A stretch of DNA of 64,000 nt from an uncultured Candidatus Saccharibacteria bacterium (GTDB lineage: Bacteria > Patescibacteriota > Minisyncoccia > Phycocordibacterales > CSBR16-119), in contig CAYRQF010000005.1 of NCBI GenBank assembly GCA_964426385.1, positions 11,738 to 75,737 of the forward strand, read 5' to 3'. Below the pieces are notes generated by a model, which was not told the DNA's origin, did not search any database, and saw only the letters and a list, made by a program, of their open reading frames with translations. Shown piece after piece: positions 42,930 through 52,851 of this stretch. Position 1 is the stretch's first letter. Each line of letters begins with the position of its first letter. A program made the position numbers and the translations under genes.

Positions 42930-45900
42930 ATGTCAAGAACGAAAACGACGCGAAGGGAGAAGAAATATTTCTCCAAGTATAAGGAGCCGTTGGTTCCGTT
43001 TCCGAACCTTTTGGAAACACAGACCGATTCTTTCAAGTGGCTCCTAACGGATGGCCTCAAAGAAGTCTTCAAGGAGTTCTCTCCTATAGAAGACTACTCA
43101 GGCAAGAAATTCGAACTTCGGTTCGAAGCTTACGAACTCGGCGAGCCGAAGTTCGATCCTCTCTACACCAAAGAGAACAAGCTTTCATACGAAGCCCCGC
43201 TCAAGGTCCGCGCCAAACTCCTCAATAAACTAAATGGCACGAAGAAAGAGCAGGAGATATTCATGACGGATTTCCCCCTCATGACATCAAATGGTACTTT
43301 CATCATCAACGGTGTTGAGCGCGTAATCGTTCCGCAGCTCACACGTTCGTCTGGAGTATTCTTCACTGCACTCGACCTAAAAGGTCGCAGAAAGTTCGGC
43401 GCCAAAATCATCCCTAACCGTGGAGTCTGGATCGAGATAGAGACTGATAAAGACGACACTATATATGCCCGCATCGATAAGAAGCGCAAATTCCCTGTGA
43501 CCTCACTCCTCCGAGTCATGGGACTCGACACAGACGACAAGATCCGCAAAGCTTTCAAGGGTAACCCTGACCACGAGAAGTTCGTGAACATCATGCTCGA
43601 GAAAGACCACTCTAAAACTGTCGAAGAGGCCTACGTCGATATCTACAAGAGACTCCGCGATGGCGACATGGCGACCGCAGATAACGCCAAAGAGTTCGTC
43701 GACGGTATCTTCACCCCTGACCGATACGACTTCTCTCGAGTCGGACGACACCGCTTCAGCCAGAGATTCGACAAATCTATGGAAAAAACTGAGCTCGAGC
43801 GCCAGACACTCAACGCTGACGATATCGCAACTATTGTTCGCGAGATATTCGTCATGAACGCTGACAAGCATGCCAAAGCGGACGATATCGACCACCTCGG
43901 ACGACGTCGTGTGAAATACGTTGGAGAACTTCTCCAGCAGAAATTCCGCGTCGGTATGACTCAGATCAAGCGAAACATCCAGGACAGGATGTCGACCATC
44001 GAGTCTGATGGCGCCGCACCGGTCACAGTCATAAACCAGCGCCCACTCCAGGCTCGCGTCAAGGAATTCTTCACCACGAACCAGCTCTCTCAGTTCATGG
44101 ATCAGGAGAACATCCTCTCTGAGCTCGAACACCTCCGCACTCTATCAGCACTCGGTCCCGGCGGACTTACTCGAGAGCGTGCAGGACTCGAAGTCCGCGA
44201 CGTTCACACTAGTCACTACGGACGAGTTTGTCCTATCCACACACCAGAAGGTCCGAACATCGGTCTCGTTCTTCACCTTTCTACTTATGCAAAGATTAAC
44301 GAGTTCGGAATCATCGAGACTCCATACGTTCGCGTAAAGAACGGCAAGATTACTGACGAAGTAGTCTATATGAACGCGCTCGAAGAAGAGAAATACAACA
44401 TCGCTCACGCAGGTGTCGAACGCGATGAGGCGGGCAACATCAAACCAGAACTAGTCGAAGCTCGCATCAAAACATCTCCAGGTATCATTTCTAAAAAGGA
44501 GATTGACTTCATCGACGTCGCTACAAACCAGGCATTCTCACTAGGTACATCGATGATTCCATTCCTAGAACACGATGATGCGAACCGTGCACTCATGGGA
44601 TCAAACATGCAAAAGCAGGCCGTACCATGTATCGTTCCGATGGCGCCACTAGTCGGTACAGGTATCGAGGAAGTTATCGCTCGTTACTCAGGTAGACTCG
44701 TACTTGCTACAGAGGCTGGAGAAGTTACATACGTTGACTCGAAGAAAGTTACAGTCCAGGGCGCTGCCGGCAAACCAAAGACATACGAACTCATCAACAC
44801 TGTTCGTACGAACAAGTTCTCTCTGATGAGACAGCGACCATCGGTATCTATCGGTGACAAGGTCAAGAAAGGCGATGTGCTCGCCGATGCTCCGACAACA
44901 GACGGAGGACAGGCTGCTATCGGTCAGAATGTGCTCGTGGCATTTATGTCATGGGATGGACGAAACTACGAGGATGCCATCATTCTGTCTGAACGTCTCG
45001 TTAAAAACTCAGTATTTACTTCTATATATGTAGAAGAATTCACATGCGTCGTTCGCGATACGAAACTCGGTCCTGAACAGACTACTCCAGACATCCCGAA
45101 CGTCGGTGAAGCGAAACTCAAAGACCTCGACGCAGACGGTATCGTTAGAATCGGTGCCGAAGTTCGCGAGAACGATATCCTTGTTGGTAAAATTACACCA
45201 AAGGGTGAAACAGAGCTCACTCCAGAGGAGAGACTCCTACGATCCATCTTCGCTGAGAAAGCACGCGACGTTAAGGATACTTCTATGCGCGTATCTCCAG
45301 GTAATGAAGGACGTGTTATCGGTATCAAAGTTTTCTCACGCGACAAAGGTCATCAGCTCGAGTCAGGCATCATCAAGAAAATAATCGTCGAAGTCGCCCA
45401 GGTCCGAAATATCTCCGTCGGAGACAAGCTCGCCGGACGACACGGAAACAAAGGTGTTATCTCAACGATTCTTCCAGAAGAAGAGATGCCATTTATGGCT
45501 GACGGTACACCTATCGACGTCATCCTCACACCGCTCGGAGTTCCGTCCCGTATGAACTTGGGACAGATTCTCGAGATGCACCTCGGTATGGCTGCCCACA
45601 CTCTGAACTATCAGGCGATCGTTCCACTATTCGGTGGTGCGACAAATGATGAGATCAAGGGCGAGCTCGTCAAAGCTGGTCTCAAAGATACTGGTACGAT
45701 GAAGCTTTTTGATGGACGAACTGGCGAAGAGTTCGAGCAGGAGATTGCCGTTGGATATATGTACATCTTGAAGCTTCACCACATGGTTGAAGACAAGGTT
45801 CACGCTCGTGCCATCGGTCCATACTCTCTCATCACACAACAGCCTCTCGGTGGTAAAGCTCAGTCCGGAGGACAGCGATTCGGAGAGATGGAAGTCTGGG

Positions 45901-46097
45901 CTCTCGAAGGATACGGTGCCGCTCATGCACTCCGTGAAATGCTTACTATCAAGTCTGACGATATCATGGGTCGAAGTCAGGCGTTTGATTCGATCATAAA
46001 AGGCCAGAAGCTCCGCGAGCCGAATGCTCCAGCGTCATTCAAAGTGATGCTCAACTACCTCCGTGGATTGGCCCTCGATATTGATCTCAAGAATTAA
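42930..46097 (+). CDS. rpoB: DNA-directed RNA polymerase subunit beta
   Basis: Canonical RpoB motifs throughout; compact at 1055 aa. Confidence 0.95.
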   Translation: MSRTKTTRREKKYFSKYKEPLVPFPNLLETQTDSFKWLLTDGLKEVFKEFSPIEDYSGKKFELRFEAYELGEPKFDPLYTKENKLSYEAPLKVRAKLLNKLNGTKKEQEIFMTDFPLMTSNGTFIINGVERVIVPQLTRSSGVFFTALDLKGRRKFGAKIIPNRGVWIEIETDKDDTIYARIDKKRKFPVTSLLRVMGLDTDDKIRKAFKGNPDHEKFVNIMLEKDHSKTVEEAYVDIYKRLRDGDMATADNAKEFVDGIFTPDRYDFSRVGRHRFSQRFDKSMEKTELERQTLNADDIATIVREIFVMNADKHAKADDIDHLGRRRVKYVGELLQQKFRVGMTQIKRNIQDRMSTIESDGAAPVTVINQRPLQARVKEFFTTNQLSQFMDQENILSELEHLRTLSALGPGGLTRERAGLEVRDVHTSHYGRVCPIHTPEGPNIGLVLHLSTYAKINEFGIIETPYVRVKNGKITDEVVYMNALEEEKYNIAHAGVERDEAGNIKPELVEARIKTSPGIISKKEIDFIDVATNQAFSLGTSMIPFLEHDDANRALMGSNMQKQAVPCIVPMAPLVGTGIEEVIARYSGRLVLATEAGEVTYVDSKKVTVQGAAGKPKTYELINTVRTNKFSLMRQRPSVSIGDKVKKGDVLADAPTTDGGQAAIGQNVLVAFMSWDGRNYEDAIILSERLVKNSVFTSIYVEEFTCVVRDTKLGPEQTTPDIPNVGEAKLKDLDADGIVRIGAEVRENDILVGKITPKGETELTPEERLLRSIFAEKARDVKDTSMRVSPGNEGRVIGIKVFSRDKGHQLESGIIKKIIVEVAQVRNISVGDKLAGRHGNKGVISTILPEEEMPFMADGTPIDVILTPLGVPSRMNLGQILEMHLGMAAHTLNYQAIVPLFGGATNDEIKGELVKAGLKDTGTMKLFDGRTGEEFEQEIAVGYMYILKLHHMVEDKVHARAIGPYSLITQQPLGGKAQSGGQRFGEMEVWALEGYGAAHALREMLTIKSDDIMGRSQAFDSIIKGQKLREPNAPASFKVMLNYLRGLALDIDLKN

Positions 46098-46117
46098 TAA
46101 CTCATCAAATATCTATT

Positions 46118-49100
46118 ATGAAAAATCTAGACGCAAAAGACTTCAGTAAAATATCGATACGCCTCGCCTCTCCAGAGAGGATCGAAGAGTGGTCATATGG
46201 AGAGATCCAGAAGCCAGAAACTATCAACTACCGAACCGGACGTTCCGAGCGCGGAGGACTTTTCGATGAGAAAATCTTCGGCCCTGAGAAAGACTACGAA
46301 TGCTACTGCAAGAAATACCGCGGAGTAAAATACAAAGGCATTGTCTGCGAGAAATGCGGAGTTGAAGTAACGAAAGCTATCGTTCGTCGTGATCGCATGG
46401 GCCACATCAGCCTAGCGACGCCTGTCGCTCACATCTGGTTCCTCCGAGGTGTCCCATCTCGCATGAGTGTGTTCCTGAACATTACAGTTTCTGACCTCGA
46501 GAAAGTTATCTACTTCGCTGGTTATATCATCCACAAAGTAAACGAGGATGAGAAAACTCGCATCATCAAGGACCTCGAGAGTGAATACAAGAACAAAATC
46601 AAGAGTTCTCAGGACGACGAAACGAAGGAGAAACTCAAAGAACTCTTCTCTAACACCAAGCGTGAGCTCACTGATATCGTTCAGGGCAAAGTCCTTAACG
46701 AGATCGAGTACAACCACTACTCACTTCGCTACAGTTCAGCGTTCGAAGCCTCTATCGGCGCCGAAGCTATTTACAACGTTTTCAAGAACACTGACCTCGA
46801 GAAGCTCCGCGCTCAGACCGAAGTTATGGTTGAGAAGGCCTCGACTCTCGAGAAGGTAAAACTAAAGAAAAGACTCGGTCTTATCCGCTCGATGATAAAC
46901 TCTGGCGTTCGTCCAGAATGGATGTTCCTAAAAGCTCTCCCGGTTATTCCACCAGGACTTCGTCCGATGGTTGCCCTCGAAGGAGGACGCCACGCGACAT
47001 CTGATATCAACGATCTATACCGACGTGTCATCAACAGAAACAATCGTCTAAGAAAACTTCTCGAGATCAACGCCCCTGATGTTATCCTCCGAAACGAGAA
47101 GCGCATTCTCCAGGAAGCAGTCGACGCTCTCATCGATAACTCTATTGCGAAATCAGAAGCTGCGACGAATCAGTCACAGAAGCGTGCACTGAAATCACTG
47201 TCTGATAACTTGAAGTCTAAGCAGGGACTCTTCCGTCAGAACCTCCTCGGAAAGCGTGTCGACTACTCTGGACGATCTGTCATCGTCGTCGGTCCACAGC
47301 TCAAGCTAAACCAGTGTGGTCTACCGAAGAAGATGGCACTCGAACTTTTCAAGCCTTTCGTTATATCTAAAATCCTCGAGAGAGAGCTCGCCTTCAACAT
47401 ACGTGGAGCGAACAAACTCATCGAAGATGGTGTCGCCGAAGTTTGGGCAATCCTCGAAGAAGTTATCTACGGCAAGTATGTACTTCTAAACCGTGCACCG
47501 ACTCTTCACCGACTCGGTATCCAGGCTTTCAACCCGGTTCTCATCGAAGGTAAAGCTATCCAGGTTCACCCACTCGTCTGTTCATCATTCAACGCTGACT
47601 TCGACGGAGACCAGATGGCCGTGTATCTACCACTTTCCGAAGCTGCTCAGGCTGAAGCTCGCGACCTTATGGCCGCGAACAAGAACTTGCTCAAGCCTCA
47701 GGATGGTAACCCTATCGTTCACCCACGTATGGACATCGTTCTCGGAACATACTGGATGACCAAATCTGTCGATGGAGAAAAGGGCGAAGGCAAGTATTTC
47801 GCTAGCCCTAACGAGGCCATGACTGCGTATGACTACGGAGCCGTGTCTTTCCGCGCCAAGATCAAAGTTCTACCTACAGATACTCCGAGGTATTCGAAAT
47901 TCGACGGCAAGCCTTTTGAGACGACTGTCGGACGACTCATGTTCAACTCGAGTCTTCCAAAAGATTTCCCATTTATCAATGATGAGATGAATCAGAAGAG
48001 ACTCTCTCGTCTCGTCGAAGAAGTCATCACCAAATACGGCGTCGACGAGACTCCGAAAGTCCTCGACATGATCAAGGCCTTCGGGTTCAAGTTCATGACA
48101 AAGTCCGGTATTAGTTGGGGAATAGACAACGTCATCGTTCCAGCAGAAAAGCCAGCCATCATCGCTGCCGCTCGAACAAAAGAAAGAGAAATCGCGGGAC
48201 AGTGGAGCGAGGGACTTCTCTCTGAAGATGAGAAGTATCAGAAGACTCTGTCAGTTTGGGAACAGGCCAAGATAGAGATCCAGAAAGCTATCCCAGCAAC
48301 ACTTAGAAAGAATGGCCCAACCAAAGACATGCTCGACTCTGGAGCCCGAGGTTCTATCGCACAGGTGGTGCAGATGGCCGGTATGAAAGGTCTCATCATT
48401 AACACCTCCGGCAAGACCATCGACTTCCCAGTCATCCCATCATACAAAGAGGGTCTATCTCCACTCGAATACTTCATTACCACTCACGGTTCTCGTAAGG
48501 GTCTCGCCGACACCGCGCTCAAGACTGCGCAGGCCGGATACCTTACACGACGTCTCGTGGATGTCTCACAGGATGTCGTTGTTCGCGAAGAAGATTGTGG
48601 AACGAAGAATTGGAAATTCGCTCGTGCTGAAAATATCTCCGGTCTCGATATACCTCTAGCGAAAAATATATTTGGACGAATCATCGCTGAGGATCTGAAG
48701 AATCCTGCAGGAGAGATGTTGTACAAGAAAGGCACGATCATCGACAAAGACATCGCGGCAAGAATCGAGGAATCTGGCGTCACAGAAGTCAAAGTGCGCA
48801 CGATACTTACATGCGAGACAAAGCATGGTATCTGCCAGCAGTGCTACGGCCTCGATCTCGGACGTTCAGCTCTAGTTAAACTTGGCGAAGCTGTCGGTAT
48901 CATCGCTGCACAGGCGATCGGAGAGCCTGGAACACAGCTTACGCTTCGAACCTTCCACCAGGGAGGAGTTGCTGGAGCATCTGACATCACACAGGGTCTA
49001 CCTCGCGTCGAGGAGATCTTTGAACGCAGGAATCCAAAGAACCCAGCTATAGTTTCTGAAACAGACGGCGAGGTTCTCGAGATAGTCGAAGAGGGCAAGG

Positions 49101-49753
49101 ACAAGATAATCAAAGTTCTATCAGACTCAAAGGGTGACAAGAAAGACAACGAGATGTCCTACACGATCCCATTCCGCCGTATCTCTGCGGTGAAGAAGGG
49201 TGACAAGGTTAAAAAGGGCCAGCTCCTAACTGATGGTTCTGCGAAAATCAACGAAATCTTCGGTTTCGGAGGCAAAGAGCTCGCAGAGAACTACATCATC
49301 GACGAGATCAACAAAGTTTACGAACTCCAGGGTGCACCGATCGCTCGTAAACATCTAGAGATAATCGTCCGACAGATGTTCTCTAGGAAGAAAGTCATCG
49401 ATCCAGGAGACTCTATGTTCTCACCGAACGAAATCATCGAACACTACGAGTTCGACAAAGAAAACGACATCTTGAAGAACGAGGGTGGTAAGCCAGCGAC
49501 AAGCGAATTCATCGTTCGTGGTATCACTGACGTCTCTCTCACGACCAAGTCTTGGCTATCAGCGGCTTCATTCCAGAATACAAACCGCGTTCTTATCAAT
49601 AACGCTATCAAGGGTGGCGTGGACAACCTCCGCGGACTCAAGGAGAACGTTATAATCGGACGACTCATCCCAGCGGGTACAGGTTACCGAGGAGAGTACA
49701 AACATCTCGACAACTATGACGATATGGGTGGCGACAGTCGCGGTGGATTCTAG
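46118..49753 (+). CDS. rpoC: DNA-directed RNA polymerase subunit beta'
   Basis: Zn-finger CxxC…CxxC near the N-terminus, NADFDGD catalytic motif; 1211 aa. Confidence 0.95.
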   Translation: MKNLDAKDFSKISIRLASPERIEEWSYGEIQKPETINYRTGRSERGGLFDEKIFGPEKDYECYCKKYRGVKYKGIVCEKCGVEVTKAIVRRDRMGHISLATPVAHIWFLRGVPSRMSVFLNITVSDLEKVIYFAGYIIHKVNEDEKTRIIKDLESEYKNKIKSSQDDETKEKLKELFSNTKRELTDIVQGKVLNEIEYNHYSLRYSSAFEASIGAEAIYNVFKNTDLEKLRAQTEVMVEKASTLEKVKLKKRLGLIRSMINSGVRPEWMFLKALPVIPPGLRPMVALEGGRHATSDINDLYRRVINRNNRLRKLLEINAPDVILRNEKRILQEAVDALIDNSIAKSEAATNQSQKRALKSLSDNLKSKQGLFRQNLLGKRVDYSGRSVIVVGPQLKLNQCGLPKKMALELFKPFVISKILERELAFNIRGANKLIEDGVAEVWAILEEVIYGKYVLLNRAPTLHRLGIQAFNPVLIEGKAIQVHPLVCSSFNADFDGDQMAVYLPLSEAAQAEARDLMAANKNLLKPQDGNPIVHPRMDIVLGTYWMTKSVDGEKGEGKYFASPNEAMTAYDYGAVSFRAKIKVLPTDTPRYSKFDGKPFETTVGRLMFNSSLPKDFPFINDEMNQKRLSRLVEEVITKYGVDETPKVLDMIKAFGFKFMTKSGISWGIDNVIVPAEKPAIIAAARTKEREIAGQWSEGLLSEDEKYQKTLSVWEQAKIEIQKAIPATLRKNGPTKDMLDSGARGSIAQVVQMAGMKGLIINTSGKTIDFPVIPSYKEGLSPLEYFITTHGSRKGLADTALKTAQAGYLTRRLVDVSQDVVVREEDCGTKNWKFARAENISGLDIPLAKNIFGRIIAEDLKNPAGEMLYKKGTIIDKDIAARIEESGVTEVKVRTILTCETKHGICQQCYGLDLGRSALVKLGEAVGIIAAQAIGEPGTQLTLRTFHQGGVAGASDITQGLPRVEEIFERRNPKNPAIVSETDGEVLEIVEEGKDKIIKVLSDSKGDKKDNEMSYTIPFRRISAVKKGDKVKKGQLLTDGSAKINEIFGFGGKELAENYIIDEINKVYELQGAPIARKHLEIIVRQMFSRKKVIDPGDSMFSPNEIIEHYEFDKENDILKNEGGKPATSEFIVRGITDVSLTTKSWLSAASFQNTNRVLINNAIKGGVDNLRGLKENVIIGRLIPAGTGYRGEYKHLDNYDDMGGDSRGGF

Positions 49754-49794
49754 TACTTCTGGCTCCAGAGATTAAAATCTAATAATATTGAAGA

Positions 49795-51507
49795 ATGACA
49801 CCGGTTGAACAAATCAAGGATCGTTTGAACATCGTCGACGTCGTGTCGATGTACGTCAAGCTTGAACCAGCCGGCAAGAACTTGAAAGCCAAGTCGCCTT
49901 TTACCAATGAGCGTACGCCGTCATTCTATGTCTCGCCGGACAAGGGACTGTATCACTGCTTCTCGACTGGTAAAGGTGGCGACATATTTACTTTCGTCCA
50001 GGAACTAGAAGGCCTAGACTTCCGCGGAGCTCTGAAAGTTCTAGCTGATCGGGCAGGGGTGAAACTCGGACCAGTGGACGTGCGCGCGGAGAAAGAGCGT
50101 GATAGGCAGTATGAGATCATGGAGAAGGCAACGGAGTTCTATGAGACGAATCTCGCGAAGAATCCTGAGGCGATGAAGTATCTCAAAGACCGCGGAGTCG
50201 AAGATCACGTAATCAAGGATTTCCGCATAGGGTATGCACCGGCGGATTGGCGACGACTATATGACGAGCTCAAGGGTAAGTACCCTGACAAAGAGCTCAT
50301 CATGGCTGGTGTCGGCAAGCAGTCACCAAAAGGTATCTACGATACTTTCCGTGACCGTATCATGTTTCCGATAATGGATACGGCGGGGAGGCCGATCGCA
50401 TTCTCTGGGCGCATACTTCACCCGGACGAGAAATCTGCAAAGTATGTGAACAGTCCGGACACACCGCTCTTTAACAAATCCGATGTGTTGTTCGGACTCG
50501 ACAAGGCCAAGCACTTCATCAGGAAATACAACTTCACGACCCTCGTGGAAGGGCAGTTCGACGTCGTCATGATGCATCAGGCGGGATTCCGGAACACTGT
50601 CGGAGTATCGGGAACTGCTCTGTCGGTATCCCTCGCAGGGGCGAGCGGGGTAAATAACCTCGGGTTGGTCAAGAGATTATCTGATAACCTAGTACTCGCC
50701 TTCGACGCTGATAACGCTGGGGAGAAGGCTGCCAAGCGCTCGGCTCATATCGCTCTCGGACTAGGGATGGATGTCAAAGTCGTATCTATCACTGGAGGCA
50801 AAGATCCGGCAGAATTCCTGCAGACAAATGGCAAGGATGCCTGGTCTGCACTCTTGCGTGATGCTAGGCACGTCATAGAGTTCACAACAGCAAAGATTAT
50901 GTCAGCCTCTAGTGACGCACGCGAACAGGGTAGGAGGATACAGGCAGAAGTTCTACCGGATATCGCCGCGTTAAATAGTGAGATAGAGAAGGCATATTTT
51001 ATAAAAAAAGTAAGAGACCTGTCGGGCATAGACGATGAGGTGCTACAGAGGGAGCTCGACAAGATACGCGCTCCGAATGATAAGCCTCTACTTGCTACGC
51101 CAGAGAAGCGAGAAGAGCGCTCTAGAACGCAGAGCATCGAGCGTAAACTTCTCGGACTGTATTTCTCAAAGTCTGATGATACTCATGTCAGAGAAGAGTT
51201 GGCTAGAGCATTTGGACAGGAAAGATTTGATGAACTTTTGAAAAAGTACGAAGGTGTGAGACAGGAACTTGTGTTTGAGACCGAGATGATATCAGCCGAA
51301 GAAGATGGCGAGATATCCTACAGAGAGATGCTGACGAACCTCGAGGAAGACTACCTGAGTGCTCGGATGGATGGCCTCAAGTCCCGGATAAGAGAAGCAG
51401 AGGTCAGCAAGAAAGAAAGTGAGGCTGAGAAACTCGCCGAAGAGTACCAGCAGATGGCGAAAAGACTGGGGGAGATCAAAAATAGCCGGCATATTAACAA
51501 AATTTAA
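49795..51507 (+). CDS. dnaG: DNA primase DnaG (TOPRIM present; N-terminal zinc-binding motif degenerate)
   Basis: [20 protein letters not shown]…; DnaB-binding-like C-terminus. The position of the CHC2 zinc finger reads KSPFTNE…YHCFSTG, so only one of four ligands is retained. Confidence 0.85.
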   Translation: MTPVEQIKDRLNIVDVVSMYVKLEPAGKNLKAKSPFTNERTPSFYVSPDKGLYHCFSTGKGGDIFTFVQELEGLDFRGALKVLADRAGVKLGPVDVRAEKERDRQYEIMEKATEFYETNLAKNPEAMKYLKDRGVEDHVIKDFRIGYAPADWRRLYDELKGKYPDKELIMAGVGKQSPKGIYDTFRDRIMFPIMDTAGRPIAFSGRILHPDEKSAKYVNSPDTPLFNKSDVLFGLDKAKHFIRKYNFTTLVEGQFDVVMMHQAGFRNTVGVSGTALSVSLAGASGVNNLGLVKRLSDNLVLAFDADNAGEKAAKRSAHIALGLGMDVKVVSITGGKDPAEFLQTNGKDAWSALLRDARHVIEFTTAKIMSASSDAREQGRRIQAEVLPDIAALNSEIEKAYFIKKVRDLSGIDDEVLQRELDKIRAPNDKPLLATPEKREERSRTQSIERKLLGLYFSKSDDTHVREELARAFGQERFDELLKKYEGVRQELVFETEMISAEEDGEISYREMLTNLEEDYLSARMDGLKSRIREAEVSKKESEAEKLAEEYQQMAKRLGEIKNSRHINKI

Positions 51508-51529
51508 AAAAAGCTTATACTTTAAACTT

Positions 51530-52816
51530 ATGAACAAGAACAAGAAACCTCAGAAGAAAACTGCTAAAAAGGCTCCTAAAAAGGCCTTGAAAAAGAAGCC
51601 TTCACTGAAGCCTAAGCCAGCAAAAAAAGCTTCTACCAAGAAGCCTGTGACCAAGACCAAGAAAGTATCCAAGCCTGTTAAGCCTGCCAAAGCGACCCCA
51701 GCTCCAAAAGCAAAAGTCGTCAAGGAAAAGATTCTGACACCTAAAGCTCAGGCCATCAAGGACAAAATCGACGAGCTCGTGACCAAAGGTCGCAAGCGTG
51801 GATTCATAACATATGATGAGATTCTGAAGAATTTCCCGAATATCGAGAATGACGTCATTATGCTCGACGATCTCTATGGTCAGTTCATGGAGGCTTCTAT
51901 CGACGTCATCGAGGGTGGGAACTTGCTCGACATGGACGTCATCGACAAGAAAACGATAGACAAATATACGAAGGATAAAAAATCTCGCGATTCTATCCAG
52001 ATGTACCTCAAAGAAATCGGCCAGTATCCACTCATCAAAGCTTTCCAGGAGAAAGACCTGGCGAAACGTATCGAAGCAGGGGACATGGAGGCGAAGAATC
52101 TCCTCGCTCGTGCGAACCTGCGTCTCGTTGTCTCTATTGCGAAAAAGTATGCGGGTAGGAGTTCAGACCTGACACTTCTCGATCTCATCCAGGAGGGTAA
52201 CCTCGGTCTCTTCAAAGCGGTCGAGAAATTCGACTGGAAGAAAGGCTACAAATTCTCAACGTATGCGACATGGTGGATCCGTCAGTCGATCACTCGTGCT
52301 CTAGCCGATCAGTCACGAACTATCCGTATCCCAGTCCACATGGTGGAAACTATTTCCAAGTATAAACAGGTTTATCGACGACTTTTCCAAGATCTCGCAC
52401 GCGAGCCTCTCGCGGAAGAGATCGCGACAGAAATGGGTGTAGAGGTGGAGAAGATTCACATCATCGAGAAGATCAGTCAGTCAACGGCGTCTCTCGAGAA
52501 GCCGATCGGCGATGACGAGGACAAGTCTACACTTGGCGAATTCATCCCTGACGACAAGATCATGCGTCCTGACCAGGAGTCTGCACAGCGCATACTCTCT
52601 GACCAAATCAGGGAAGTCCTAAACGAACTCACTCCAAAGGAGAAGAAGATTCTCGAGATGCGCTATGGTCTAGAGGATGGTATCCAGCACACACTCGAAG
52701 AGGTAGGCCACGAATTCGGCGTTACGCGAGAGCGCATCCGCCAGATCGAAGCCAAGGTCCACGAAAAACTCCGCCAGAACGAAAAAATCATACGACTAAG
52801 GAATCATTTTGATTAA
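51530..52816 (+). CDS. rpoD: RNA polymerase sigma factor RpoD (sigma70) with a lysine-rich N-terminal extension
   Basis: Region 2 [31 protein letters not shown], region 4 HTH. Start set at the Met after the dnaG stop; the ORF-track start at 51419 overlaps dnaG. Confidence 0.9.
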   Translation: MNKNKKPQKKTAKKAPKKALKKKPSLKPKPAKKASTKKPVTKTKKVSKPVKPAKATPAPKAKVVKEKILTPKAQAIKDKIDELVTKGRKRGFITYDEILKNFPNIENDVIMLDDLYGQFMEASIDVIEGGNLLDMDVIDKKTIDKYTKDKKSRDSIQMYLKEIGQYPLIKAFQEKDLAKRIEAGDMEAKNLLARANLRLVVSIAKKYAGRSSDLTLLDLIQEGNLGLFKAVEKFDWKKGYKFSTYATWWIRQSITRALADQSRTIRIPVHMVETISKYKQVYRRLFQDLAREPLAEEIATEMGVEVEKIHIIEKISQSTASLEKPIGDDEDKSTLGEFIPDDKIMRPDQESAQRILSDQIREVLNELTPKEKKILEMRYGLEDGIQHTLEEVGHEFGVTRERIRQIEAKVHEKLRQNEKIIRLRNHFD

Positions 52817-52851
52817 AAGCGAATAGTTCTTATTTTTGGTATAGTATAGCC

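Noticed and set aside
43037-49668. Numerous short ORFs on both strands inside rpoB and rpoC
   Set aside because: They are embedded in and antisense to highly conserved essential genes. They are compositional artefacts.
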